Shown here: in pieces, positions 7,238-17,255 of the stretch
How the letters are laid out: each line of letters begins with the position of its first letter
How positions within the stretch are numbered: the first letter of the stretch is position 1
NCBI RefSeq assembly: GCF_016127575.1
Contig: NZ_CP066019.1
Location: 1,710,001-1,742,000 of the forward strand
Direction of reading: 5' to 3'
Length of the DNA: 32,000 nucleotides
From: Cupriavidus necator
GTDB lineage: Bacteria > Pseudomonadota > Gammaproteobacteria > Burkholderiales > Burkholderiaceae
The notes under the pieces: generated by a model
Told to the model about the DNA's origin: nothing
What the model saw: only the letters and a program-made list of their open reading frames with translations
The model's database searches: none
Made by a program: the position numbers and the translations under genes

Positions 7238-8134
7238 CTACCACCGATAGCGCGCCCCGACCGTTCCGCCCGGGTTGCGCCCCGCCCTCACCTTGAACCA
7301 CAGCTTCATGCCGGTCGATGTATTGCCATGCGCGCCGATGTTGAAGGAGAACAGCCCGCGCAGCAGGTCGGCATCGATCTTGGTGCCGTTGATGTTGATG
7401 ACCTGTTTGCGGCTGTCCTGCCACCAGTCAGCCTCGACAAAGGGATAAATGCCGGCCAGCCGCGTCGGCTGCGCGCCGTACAGGCGCACGCCGATACCGG
7501 CGGCGCTGGCATCGCCGGGCATGGCTTGCATCGGCATGCCGGAGACGGGAGACATGCCAGGCTGGTAGGCCAGCTGCAAGCGCGGCTGGATGGTCAGCCC
7601 GCCTGCGCGCGGCACCACGGCATCGACCGCCAGCGCCATGGTGCGCATGCGACTGTCGGCAAAACCGCCTGCGCTGGTGATGTCATCCAGGTGCAGCGAC
7701 ACCCGGCGCGGGCGTTCGGCCATGGCGGCGGTTTCACGGTCGACCGCGGCAAGGCCGGGCGCATCGTCATCGGGCCCGGGGCCCATGGCAAGCGTTAACG
7801 CGGATGGGGATGACTGCGACGGCGCGGCATACTCGACGGTGACGGGCTCGGCGGGCGTGGCGGACCAGGCAGGAGCAGCGGTGTCGGCAACCAGCAGATC
7901 GGGCACGTCGGCCATGGCGGGCTGCCCGGCTTGCGCCTGCAGCGGCTGGTCCCAGCCGGAGACGCCCTGGCTTTCCGGAACGGCGTCATCTGCATGGGCC
8001 AGTGCACACATCAGCATGGCCAGGATGACGCTGTACTGCAGGTGATGCAGGACCATGCCGTGATGCGCGGCACATACGTGCCACCCGGGGCAAGTCCCCG
8101 CCTCCCTTTCTCTCGATGACAAGACCGTAGTCAT
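7238..8134 (-). CDS. short outer-membrane protein with an autotransporter-type C-terminal beta-domain
   Basis: The C-terminus IYPFVEADWWQDSRKQVININGTKIDADLLRGLFSFNIGAHGNTSTGMKLWFKVRAGRNPGGTVGARYRW resembles the last strands of autotransporter barrels (PYVEANW...terminal aromatic). The N-terminal region has a hydrophobic signal-like segment ending ALAHA, followed by an Ala/Pro-rich linker. I prefer ATG 8134 (GAAGGTGG 5 nt upstream); alternatives are 8143 (GTG) and 8056 (ATG). Confidence 0.6.
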   Translation of the reverse strand: MTTVLSSREREAGTCPGWHVCAAHHGMVLHHLQYSVILAMLMCALAHADDAVPESQGVSGWDQPLQAQAGQPAMADVPDLLVADTAAPAWSATPAEPVTVEYAAPSQSSPSALTLAMGPGPDDDAPGLAAVDRETAAMAERPRRVSLHLDDITSAGGFADSRMRTMALAVDAVVPRAGGLTIQPRLQLAYQPGMSPVSGMPMQAMPGDASAAGIGVRLYGAQPTRLAGIYPFVEADWWQDSRKQVININGTKIDADLLRGLFSFNIGAHGNTSTGMKLWFKVRAGRNPGGTVGARYRW

Positions 8135-8351
8135 GGCAACCACCTTCGGACGTTATATGTGCCTGCCCGATGAGTTCGAGCATAGGTCAAATGCCCTGCC
8201 AGCGTTAGCCGGGAATGTTCGGCCGCGCGCGCCCCGTACGACCCTGTCAGTGAGCAAATTCGGCCTGGCCGCTGCGCCTTTTCGTCAATAATGGCGGTAA
8301 TGACAAATCTTGCAGACATCGCCCGGCAAGCTGCCGCCGGGAGCAAACCTT

Positions 8352-10157
8352 ATGGCCTTGTGGCAACGTGCGCGCCGGCGTGAGTCCGAACCCGGGGGCA
8401 TGGCACCGCCGGCCGGACGCAGCCGCAGCCTGAAGCGCAAGCTGGCGATCGCCACGGCGGTCGGCGGGCTCTGCACCCTGGTGCTCGCCGCGCTGGTGAT
8501 GGCCCGCTCGTATGGCGACTTCACCTCGGCGCGGCAGAACCTGTACGACATCTCGGCATACCGCGAGCTGCTCGAGGCCGCCAACGTGCTGTCCGCGGAA
8601 CGTGGACCGGCCAACAGCGTGCTGGGAGATCCACCCTCGCCCAACACCTCCGCGCGTGAGCGCCTGCAAGCGTTCCGCGCCCGCAGCGACGCCGCGCTGG
8701 CGCGCCTGGCCGCGCCGCCGCCGGCACCCTTCGGCCTGCACAACCACCACCTGCCGCCGCTGATGGTCGAGCGCGTGCGCGAACGCCTGGCGCGGGCGCG
8801 GGCCGAGATCGACGAACTCGCCGGGCGGCCGCGCCAGGACCGTGACATGGACGAGATCCGCCATGCCATCGAAAGCATGTTCGAGGTCGTGGACGCGCTG
8901 CAGCCGGCCATCGCCTGGCAGGTGCGCGAACTGTCCGCCTGCGACGACGGCCTGGCGGCGCCGGCGCTGACCGGCAGGATGCTGGGCGACCTGCGCGAGT
9001 ATGGCGGGCGCATCGCCTCGCAGATCATGGCGCCCGTGGCGGCGCGCCAGCCGATGCCGGTGCAGAGCCTGGTGGACGCCACGCGCTCGCGCGGCCGGCT
9101 GCTGGAGCTATGGCAGCTGGCGGGGCCGGCGTACAACATGTTCGGCGCCGTGCCCGCGCTGGAGCAGGCATACGCCGACGCCGGCCACCAGTTCTTCGGC
9201 CAGGGCCTGTCGATGATCGACAGCCTGGTTGCGCAGGGCCGCGTCTCGGGCAATTACTCGATGACGCCGACGGAGCTGACCAACCGCTACGTGCGCACGC
9301 TGGAGCCGCTGGAGCGGTTGCGCAGGGTATTCCTGGACGAGGTGGTCGCGCATTTCACCGCAGCGCGCGCACAAGCGCTGCGCGAACTGACGGCAGCGTG
9401 CGGCACGTCGGCGCTGATCCTTGCCGTGCTGGGCTACGTGCTGGTGTTCATGCAGCGCTCGGTGATCCTGCCGCTGCTGCGCGCCGGCGACGAAGTGATC
9501 GGCCTGGCCGAGGCGCGCGAACACCCGCACTACGCTGCGCCAGCGGCGTCCGCCAGGCCCGCGGCGGAGATGCGGCGCCTGTTCGATGCCATCGAGATCC
9601 TGCGCCGCAAGCTGCGCGAGCGCGCCTCGCTGACCGAACAACTGGAACACCAGGCGCGCACCGACAGCCTGACCGGGCTGCTGAACCGGCGCGCGCTGGA
9701 GCTGGTGGCCGCGCAGTACGCGGCACACGACAGCGCCAGCCTGGTGCTGATCGACGTGGACCGCTTCAAGCAGATCAACGACCGCCATGGCCATGCCGCC
9801 GGCGACCAGGTGCTGCGCGACATCGCTGCGATGATGCGCGCGCTGGTGCCGCCCGAAGGCGTGCTGGCACGCTTCGGCGGCGAGGAGTTCGCGCTGCTGC
9901 TGCCGCACGGCAGGCCGGGCGAGGCCGCCGCGCTGGCCGAAACCCTGCGCGCGGAAATCGCGTCGCGCCCGGTCTTCCTGTCGGGCAGCACCCAGCTGTG
10001 CGTCACCGCCAGCTTCGGCGTGGCCATCGGGCGCGGCGGCGAGCGTCACTGGCAGCGGCTGTTCGGCGCGGCCGACGCTGCCATGTACCGCGCCAAGGCC
10101 GAAGGGCGCAACTGCGTGCGCGAGGCACAGCGCGAGGAAGGGGTGGCAGCCGGCTGA
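8352..10157 (+). CDS. membrane-bound diguanylate cyclase (GGEEF) with a large periplasmic sensor domain
   Basis: The C-terminal GGDEF domain shows LTGLLNRRAL, LIDVDRFKQINDRHGHAAGDQVL, RFGGEEFALLL and AMYRAKAEGRN. Two TM segments (LAIATAVGGLCTLVLAALVMA and ALILAVLGYVLVFM) bracket about 300 aa, possibly NIT-like (weak call). I prefer ATG 8352 (GGGAG 9 nt upstream); 8310 and 8400 are alternatives. Confidence 0.85.
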   Translation: MALWQRARRRESEPGGMAPPAGRSRSLKRKLAIATAVGGLCTLVLAALVMARSYGDFTSARQNLYDISAYRELLEAANVLSAERGPANSVLGDPPSPNTSARERLQAFRARSDAALARLAAPPPAPFGLHNHHLPPLMVERVRERLARARAEIDELAGRPRQDRDMDEIRHAIESMFEVVDALQPAIAWQVRELSACDDGLAAPALTGRMLGDLREYGGRIASQIMAPVAARQPMPVQSLVDATRSRGRLLELWQLAGPAYNMFGAVPALEQAYADAGHQFFGQGLSMIDSLVAQGRVSGNYSMTPTELTNRYVRTLEPLERLRRVFLDEVVAHFTAARAQALRELTAACGTSALILAVLGYVLVFMQRSVILPLLRAGDEVIGLAEAREHPHYAAPAASARPAAEMRRLFDAIEILRRKLRERASLTEQLEHQARTDSLTGLLNRRALELVAAQYAAHDSASLVLIDVDRFKQINDRHGHAAGDQVLRDIAAMMRALVPPEGVLARFGGEEFALLLPHGRPGEAAALAETLRAEIASRPVFLSGSTQLCVTASFGVAIGRGGERHWQRLFGAADAAMYRAKAEGRNCVREAQREEGVAAG

Positions 10158-10196
10158 AGCAGGCCGGCCCCGGCACCAGCACGGAAACGATGGACG

Positions 10197-10227
10197 AAAA
10201 AAACCCGCATCGCTGCGGGCTTCTTCC
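10197..10227. terminator. rho-independent terminator (bidirectional; the stronger U-tract is on the minus strand)
   Basis: AAAAAAA-CCCGCA-TCGC-TGCGGG-CTTCTTCC. It lies 40 nt after the diguanylate cyclase stop. Confidence 0.7.
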
Positions 10228-10295
10228 ACATATCCGGCACCGCCGCCTCGGTATCGAATGGCGGTGACCCGGTCACTCACGCCGGGCTAAAACGA

Positions 10296-10325
10296 AGAAA
10301 GGCTCGCTTGCGCGAGCCTTTCTAA
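10296..10325. terminator. rho-independent terminator just downstream of tRNA-Leu
   Basis: GAAAGGCTCGC-TTGC-GCGAGCCTTTC. On the minus strand the stem is followed by TTTCTTCGTTTT. It starts 7 nt after the tRNA 3' end. Confidence 0.75.
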
Positions 10326-10329
10326 ATAT

Positions 10330-10416
10330 TGGTGCCCAGAAGAGGACTCGAACCTCCACAGTGTTGCCACCGCTAGGACCTGAACCTAGTGCGTCTACCA
10401 ATTCCGCCATCTGGGC
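10330..10416 (-). tRNA. tRNA-Leu (anticodon CAG)
   Basis: The reverse complement is GCCCAGATGGCGGAATTGGTAGACGCACTAGGTTCAGGTCCTAGCGGTGGCAACACTGTGGAGGTTCGAGTCCTCTTCTGGGCACCA. It is 87 nt with a long variable arm. The anticodon loop is TTCAGGT, the acceptor stem GCCCAGA/TCTGGGC is perfect, and the CCA is encoded. Confidence 0.95.
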
Positions 10417-10455
10417 TTCGTTTCGCTGCATTGCTGCCGCGATGCGAAGAAAGAA

Positions 10456-10484
10456 ATTATGCCGAGCGCGTCAGCGACTGTCAA
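10456..10484 (-). promoter_or_regulatory. near-consensus sigma-70 promoter for tRNA-Leu
   Basis: On the minus strand: TTGACA (10484-10479), a 17-nt spacer, then CATAAT (10461-10456). An A/T-rich UP-like tract (CACAAATTTTTTGTG, 10493-10507) lies upstream. Confidence 0.65.
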
Positions 10485-10511
10485 CACCCTGACACAAAAA
10501 ATTTGTGATCC

Positions 10512-11798
10512 TTATTGCCCGCCGCCGCGCCGCAGGAAATCCACCTGCGCCGGCCGGCCAGGCAGGTCCAGCGCAGCCATCGCCGGAGGCATGCTGGCGA
10601 TGGTCTTGCCGGCACGCAGCACCCGCAGCCGCGTGGCGCGCAGGCGGATCGCCTCCACCGGGTCGCGCGCCTGCAGCAGCACCAGGTCGGCGCGGCAGCC
10701 AGGCGCCACGCCGTAGCCATCCAGCCCGAGGATCTGCGCGGGCATGGCGGTCACGGCGGCGAAGCACGCGCGCATGGCTTCCTGCCCGGTCATCTGCGCG
10801 ACATGCAGCCCCATGTGCGCCACTTCCAGCATGTCGCCGGAGCCCAGGCTGTACCACGGATCCATCACACAATCGTGGCCGAACGCCACCGGCACGCCGG
10901 CCGCCAGCAACTCCGGCACCCGCGTCATGCCGCGGCGCCGCGGATAGGTATCGTGCCGCCCCTGCAGCGTGATGTTGATCAGCGGATTGGCGATCGCCGC
11001 CACGCCGGCGTCGCGCATCAGCGGGATCAGCTTGGATACGTAATAGTTGTCCATTGAATGCATCGAGGTCAGGTGCGAGCCCGCCACCCTGCCCTGCAGG
11101 CCGAGCCGCACGGTCTCGCTGGCCAGCGTCTCGATATGGCGCGACAGCGGGTCGTCGCTCTCGTCGCAATGCATGTCGACGCGCAGGCCGCGGTCCGCCG
11201 CCAGCTCGCACAGCAGCCGCACAGATTCGGCGCCCTGCGCCATGGTGCGCTCGAAATGCGGGATGCCGCCGACCACGTCGACGCCCATGTCCAGCGCGCG
11301 CTTCAGGTTGTCCAGCGCGCCGGGCGCGCGCAGCACGCCGTCCTGCGGGAACGCCACCAGCTGCAGGTCCAGGTAGGGGCGCACGCGCTCGCGCACGTGC
11401 AGCAGCGCCTCCACCGCGAGCAGCCGCGGATCGCACACGTCCACATGCGAGCGGATCGCCAGCAGCCCGCGCGCCACCGCCCAGTCGCAGTAGGCCAGCG
11501 CGCGCTCGACCAGCGCGTCCTGCGTCAGCATCGGCTTGAGCTCGCCCCACAGCGCAATGCCTTCGAGCAGCGTGCCCGACTGGTTCACGCGCGGCAGCCC
11601 GTACGACAGTGTGGCGTCCATATGGAAGTGCGCATCGACGAACGGCGGCGTCACCAGGTGGCCGGCCGCATCGATCTCGTCGGCGGCGTGCGCGGCCAGT
11701 GCCGGCTCAACCGCGGCGATGCGGCCCGCGGCAATGCCGATATCGATGTCGGTGCGCCCGTCGGGCAGGTTGCAGTGCCGCAGGATCAGGTCGAGCAT
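10512..11798 (-). CDS. codA: cytosine deaminase
   Basis: 428 aa that aligns along its length with my memory of E. coli CodA. Matches include PPFVDAHFHMD (vs PPFVEPHIHLD), NQSGTLLEGI, DLQLVAFPQDG, VGGIPHFE, VDMHCDESDD, SHLTSMHS, RHDTYPRRRGMTRV and FGHDCVMDPWY. Confidence 0.9.
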   Translation of the reverse strand: MLDLILRHCNLPDGRTDIDIGIAAGRIAAVEPALAAHAADEIDAAGHLVTPPFVDAHFHMDATLSYGLPRVNQSGTLLEGIALWGELKPMLTQDALVERALAYCDWAVARGLLAIRSHVDVCDPRLLAVEALLHVRERVRPYLDLQLVAFPQDGVLRAPGALDNLKRALDMGVDVVGGIPHFERTMAQGAESVRLLCELAADRGLRVDMHCDESDDPLSRHIETLASETVRLGLQGRVAGSHLTSMHSMDNYYVSKLIPLMRDAGVAAIANPLINITLQGRHDTYPRRRGMTRVPELLAAGVPVAFGHDCVMDPWYSLGSGDMLEVAHMGLHVAQMTGQEAMRACFAAVTAMPAQILGLDGYGVAPGCRADLVLLQARDPVEAIRLRATRLRVLRAGKTIASMPPAMAALDLPGRPAQVDFLRRGGGQ

Positions 11799-11844
11799 GG
11801 AGGTCTCTCAGGCAGGAGGCACGGCGATACGGCGATGTTCTCAC

Positions 11845-11862
11845 GGCGCCGGCTCCGGCGCC
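11845..11862 (-). repeat. GC-rich intercistronic palindrome between the TetR gene and codA
   Basis: ggcgccgg-ct-ccggcgcc has perfect 8-bp arms. No U-tract follows on the minus strand. Confidence 0.7.
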
Positions 11863-11868
11863 ACGGCG

Positions 11869-12561
11869 TCATGCGCGCCGGTCGGGCGCCGCGGGCTCGG
11901 GGTCGAGTCCGCAGCCGCGCAGCAGCAGCGCCACCAGGTGCTCGGTGGCCTGCGCATAGTCCCGCTGCTCCAGCTGGCTGACGCCGAGCACCGCGCATAC
12001 CTGCGACTCGAAATCCGCATAGGTCTGCGTGGCCGCCCAGATCGTGAAGAACAGGTGCTGGGGGTCGACCGGCGCCATCTGGCCGCGGTCGATCCACTGC
12101 TGCACCACCGCGGCCTTGCGCGACACCAGTTCGCGCAGCACCTGCCGCAGGACCTCGCCGATCTCATGCGCGCCGTGCAGCAGTTCGTTGGCAAATACGC
12201 GCGATGCATCCGGATGACTGGCCGACAGCCGCATCTTGGCGCGGATGTATTGTTCCAGCGCCACCTGCGGCGGCAGCTCGGCGCGGATGATGTCAGTCTC
12301 CGACAGCCACAGCTGCAGCGTATGCGCCAGCACGGCGCGGTACAGCGCCTGCTTGGTGCGGAAGTAGTAATGCAGGTTGGACTTGGGCACGCCGGCGCGC
12401 ACCGCGATCTCGGCCATGGTGGCGCCGGCAAAGCCCGCGCGCGCAAAGACATGCTCGGCCGCGCGCAGGATCATGGCCTGGTTCTCCTGCCGGATGCGCC
12501 CGCCCGGCGCATCGCACGCGGGCAGCGGGCGCCGCGCCGCGGCGCTGGCCTGCGTGTCCAT
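11869..12561 (-). CDS. rutR: TetR-family repressor, RutR-like
   Basis: 230 aa. The HTH region is ILRAAEHVFARAGFAGATMAEIAVRAGVPKSNLHYYFRTKQALY. The ligand-domain block APVDPQHLFFTIWAATQTYADFESQV closely matches E. coli RutR APIDPQHLIFMIWASTQHYADFAPQV (from memory). Its ATG overlaps the upp stop (TGATG). Confidence 0.85.
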   Translation of the reverse strand: MDTQASAAARRPLPACDAPGGRIRQENQAMILRAAEHVFARAGFAGATMAEIAVRAGVPKSNLHYYFRTKQALYRAVLAHTLQLWLSETDIIRAELPPQVALEQYIRAKMRLSASHPDASRVFANELLHGAHEIGEVLRQVLRELVSRKAAVVQQWIDRGQMAPVDPQHLFFTIWAATQTYADFESQVCAVLGVSQLEQRDYAQATEHLVALLLRGCGLDPEPAAPDRRA

Positions 12562-13247
12562 CAGCGCGTGCCGTAGAGGCGGTCGCCGGCGTCGCCCAGC
12601 CCGGGCACGATATAGCCGTGCTCGTTGAGCGTTTCGTCGATGGCCGCGGTGACGATGCCGACCTCAGGGTGCGCCGCGCGCAGCGCGCGCAGCCCCGGGC
12701 GCGAGGCGATCAGGCACACGTACTTCATGGTGGTGACGCCGGCCTCTTTCAGGCGGTTCAGCGCGGCAATGGCCGAGTTGCCGGTGGCCAGCATCGGGTC
12801 CACCACGATCACCATGCGCTCCTGGATGTCTTCCGGCATCTTGAAGTAGTACTCGATCGGCTCCAGCGTCTCGGGGTCGCGGTACAGGCCGATATGCCCG
12901 ACGCGCGCCGCCGGCAGCAGCTCCAGCATGCCGTCGATAAAGCCGTTGCCCGCGCGCAGGATCGACACCAGGCACAGCTTCTTGCCCGACAGCACCCGCG
13001 ACTGCATCGGCGCGATCGGCGTGCGGATGGCGACCGTCTCCATGGCCAGGTCGCGCGTGGCTTCGTAGGTCAGCAACTGGCTGATTTCACGCACCAGCCG
13101 GCGGAAGTTGTCGGTGGTGGTGTCCTCGCTGCGCACCAGGGTGACCTTGTGCTGCACCAGCGGGTGGTCGACGACCAGCACCCCGGCCAGGCCGGCAGGA
13201 TCGGCATCGAGTGGTTCAACAGCGGGAACAGCGGACATGTCGTTCAT
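12561..13247 (-). CDS. upp: uracil phosphoribosyltransferase
   Basis: 228 aa with [37 protein letters not shown] (PRPP loop) and [19 protein letters not shown] 13247 has GGAG 9 nt upstream. Relative to E. coli Upp it has an N-terminal extension of about 20 aa. The 299-aa track ORF is an over-extension. Confidence 0.9.
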   Translation of the reverse strand: MNDMSAVPAVEPLDADPAGLAGVLVVDHPLVQHKVTLVRSEDTTTDNFRRLVREISQLLTYEATRDLAMETVAIRTPIAPMQSRVLSGKKLCLVSILRAGNGFIDGMLELLPAARVGHIGLYRDPETLEPIEYYFKMPEDIQERMVIVVDPMLATGNSAIAALNRLKEAGVTTMKYVCLIASRPGLRALRAAHPEVGIVTAAIDETLNEHGYIVPGLGDAGDRLYGTR

Positions 13248-13289
13248 GGTGACGCTCCAGATGCCAGGTTTCACACGCAATGCCTGCCG

Positions 13290-13320
13290 GCAAGGTCGGC
13301 CGCCTGGCGGCCGACCTTGC
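13290..13320 (-). repeat. 31-nt perfect palindrome abutting the URC4-like stop codon
   Basis: gcaaggtcggccgcc-t-ggcggccgaccttgc has 15-nt arms. It is directly adjacent to the stop at 13321-13323, and no U-tract follows on the minus strand. Confidence 0.85.
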
Positions 13321-14639
13321 TCAGAACACCGTGCCGTCGCTGATGATGGCGAACGGCGGCGCGCCACCCGGGCGCCGCTTGGCGGCAATGCGGCGCCCCG
13401 CCGCCCAGGTGCCGCCTTCGAGCACGCGCGCCAGCGGGAAATTTTCTTCCTGCAAGCCAAGCGCCTGGCGCACGCCGTCGGCCACCAGGTCCAGGCCGGT
13501 CACGGTCAGCGCGCGCCATTCGACGATCACGGGCTCATCCACCGCATGCGGCACGGCGGCAAAGCCGGGGTCGCGCGGCACCATCAGCTCGAAGTCGTAG
13601 AGCAGGCCGCCGTTGCGGTATTCGGGCAGGCCCGTCAGCGCGTCCAGCCCGGTCACGGTCAGGCCGGCGTCCTCCAGCGGCTCCAGCAGCGAATACGTCA
13701 GCCATTGCGTGAGCTTGTGGAACGGCACCAGCCCGCCCGGCGCGGCCGGATGCCGCCAGCAGTCGCCCAGCGACACGCCTTCGACAATGATCCGCCCCGG
13801 CCATACCGGCCCCAGGCCGACCAGCAGCGTGCGCAGCAGGAAGCCGGCGTCGAGGTGCCCGTTGACCGCATGCGCCTTCAGGTAGTCGTACAGGTTGCCC
13901 AGCCGTGCCGGCCGGCCGAACAGCGCCGGGGTCGCCTCCATCACCTCGCCGAGGCGGCGCAGCAGGCCGGCGCGGCCTTCCAGCCCCACCAGCGGGTTGT
14001 GCTGCGCGACCTGGAAGGCGTGGGCGATGCTGTCGGCATCGATGCGCTGCAGCCGCTCGGCGTCCGCGCGCAGCGGATCGCCCGGCGCGGCCGAGAAGCC
14101 GCCGCGCGCGAACAGGTCGAAACTGGCCACGCCCAGCCCTTCCGAGCGCGTCAGCACCAGGTCGCTGGCCGGATCGCGGTAACGCCAGTCAGGGCCGGCG
14201 CCGGCATCGAGCAATACGCTTGGAATCACCAGGTCAATGCCGATGCGGGCGCGCTCCTCGCGGTGCTCGGGCCCGCTCAGCGCGGCACGCTCGCACAGCA
14301 CCTGCCACCGGTCCGCGCGCTGGTCGACACCGGCGCTTTCAAAATGGCGCCAGCGGCTGTGGTACGGCACCTGCAGGTCAGGATAGCGCTGGCGGATGGT
14401 GCTGGCGACATAGTCGGCAATGGCATGCACGCGGTCCGGATGCCAGGTGAAAAGTTCGGACGCGCCGCTGGCCACGTTCTCGGTGACCGCCGCGCAATGC
14501 GTGCGCACCGCCTCGGCACACAGCAGCGCCGAAGCGGGATGCCCTTCCGGTACCGGGCTCAGCCAGCCGGCACCAGGCCGCATCTCGTTACCTGTGCCCT
14601 GGCGGTCCATGCCGGGCTTGCCATCCTCGGGAAACATCG

Positions 14640-14643
<4 letters not shown>
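13321..14643 (-). CDS. URC4/Urg3-family protein (DUF1688)
   Basis: 440 aa starting [11 protein letters not shown]; I recognise it as the URC4/DUF1688 family as annotated in bacterial genomes. Recognisable blocks include [25 protein letters not shown] and LPEYRNGGL. Its ATG overlaps the upstream stop as ATGA (14643-14640). The 612-aa track ORF is an over-extension into the upstream gene. Confidence 0.8.
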
Positions 14644-15878
<1,235 letters not shown>

Positions 15879-15902
15879 GGCACCCTCGGTTCCCGATGGA
15901 AT

Positions 15903-15920
15903 CCTGACCAAATGGTCAGG
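15903..15920 (-). promoter_or_regulatory. RutR-type operator (perfect 18-bp palindrome)
   Basis: cCTGACCAaaTGGTCAGg matches the E. coli RutR box TTGACCAnnTGGTCAA. The core TGACCA-nn-TGGTCA is exact, giving 12 of 14 defined positions. It lies 25-42 nt upstream of the URC1-like ATG. Confidence 0.65.
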
Positions 15921-15931
15921 TTTACGATTCC

Positions 15932-15961
15932 ATACTAGGCAACCTTTGTGCCATCGCCCAA
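15932..15961 (-). promoter_or_regulatory. candidate sigma-70 promoter of the URC-type operon
   Basis: On the minus strand: TTGGGC (15961-15956), an 18-nt spacer, then TAGTAT (15937-15932). The palindromic operator starts 12 nt downstream of the -10. Confidence 0.3.
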
Positions 15962-16154
15962 TGCCATTTACGCGAGTGTTGCTCCGATGTGTGTGGCGCC
16001 GAACGCAAGTTTGCGCGGGCGGCATGCACGCATGGCGTGCAGGCGACGTGGCATAACGGGTGCACAAGCACCAACAAGAAGCGCGCACGGCCATGCTGGC
16101 ACGTCGCCGTCCGGGAGAAACCGTACCACCGCTGCACGGCCATGCCTGCAAACG

Positions 16155-17255
16155 TTACACGCTTTGCCGGCTGGCGCGGTCGCGGCCGTTGCCCAGCAGC
16201 GCACGCAGCGCCGCCAACGGCCGGGCGCTTTCGATGTAGCGATAGAACAACGCGCCGGCCACATTGCTGAGCGCCCATGCGGCAACCATGCCGAGCGCGT
16301 TCAGCACCGGCTGGCCCGGCGCCAGGTTCGACACCAGCGCGTTGACCAGCAGGCAGACCGGAAAGTGAACCAGGAACACCGAATAGGAAATGCGCCCGAA
16401 GAAGCCGATCACGCGCGCCCGCGGCCAGCGCTCCAGCCAGCCGCCGCGGCGCGCCACCGCCAGCAGCAGCGCAGTCGCCAGCGCCACCGCGATGCGCAGC
16501 CGGAAATCGAAGGCCAGCGCCGCCAACGTTACCGCGCCGAGGACCAGCAGCGGCAACACCGGGCGACCGGGGTTGGACGCCCAGTAGGCCAGCGCCCCCA
16601 TGCCATAGGCGCCGAAGAAGTACAGCGCCCAGATATCCCACGCGGCATCGCGGTTGAACCAGAACAGCGATGCCACCGCCACCAGCACCACAATGCCAAT
16701 GCTGACCCCGGCACCCGCCGGCGCTTTCCCGCGCGCCACGGCGCGCGCGGCCCACAGCGCACCCAGCAGCAGCGCAAACAGCTGCAGGTCGATGGCCACG
16801 TACCAGACCCCGGCCGAGAGCGCGTCGACATCGAGCACGTTATGCAGCAGCGTCACGTGCGCAAGGAACTGCAGCAGGCCGGGCGGCGCAGGGATCGAAT
16901 CATGCACCATCCATTGGCGCGCCAGGGCGGCCCCGGCAATGCTGAGCAGCAGCGCCGCAGCAAAGGGCACCACCAGCTTCTGGTAGCGCCGCCACAGCAC
17001 CAGCAGCGGATGCTGGCTGATTTCCAGCTGGCCATGCGGCGCCAGGCTGCGCGCGGCGAGGAAACCGCTGACCACCAGAAAGACCTGCACGGCGATGCGG
17101 GCGTAGTCGTAGAGCCAGTCCACCAGCCCCGGGGCCAGCCGATACGCGGTATCGGACATCGGGCCATAGAAGGCCAGGTGATGGAGCACGATCAACTGGG
17201 AGCTGACCGCTTTCAGGGCGTCAATGCACGGCAGGCGCGACGGACGGGGGCTCAT
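16155..17255 (-). CDS. membrane acyltransferase, acyltransferase-3 family
   Basis: 366 aa and about 10 TM segments. The N-terminus RLPCIDALKAVSSQLIVLHHLAFYG, then FLVVSGFL and ISYSVFLVHFP, are typical of Acyl_transf_3 O-acyltransferases. Confidence 0.85.
   Translation of the reverse strand: MSPRPSRLPCIDALKAVSSQLIVLHHLAFYGPMSDTAYRLAPGLVDWLYDYARIAVQVFLVVSGFLAARSLAPHGQLEISQHPLLVLWRRYQKLVVPFAAALLLSIAGAALARQWMVHDSIPAPPGLLQFLAHVTLLHNVLDVDALSAGVWYVAIDLQLFALLLGALWAARAVARGKAPAGAGVSIGIVVLVAVASLFWFNRDAAWDIWALYFFGAYGMGALAYWASNPGRPVLPLLVLGAVTLAALAFDFRLRIAVALATALLLAVARRGGWLERWPRARVIGFFGRISYSVFLVHFPVCLLVNALVSNLAPGQPVLNALGMVAAWALSNVAGALFYRYIESARPLAALRALLGNGRDRASRQSV

Noticed and set aside
10228-10295. About 70 nt between the two terminators downstream of tRNA-Leu, considered as a small RNA gene
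   Set aside because: There is no promoter-like sequence on either strand. The two hairpins are adequately explained as the separate terminators of the convergent diguanylate cyclase gene and the tRNA gene.
7148-10329. Genomic island bounded by tRNA-Arg and tRNA-Leu
   Set aside because: I could find no integrase, no direct repeat of either tRNA 3' end, and no compositional break. The two enclosed genes have native-looking codon usage.
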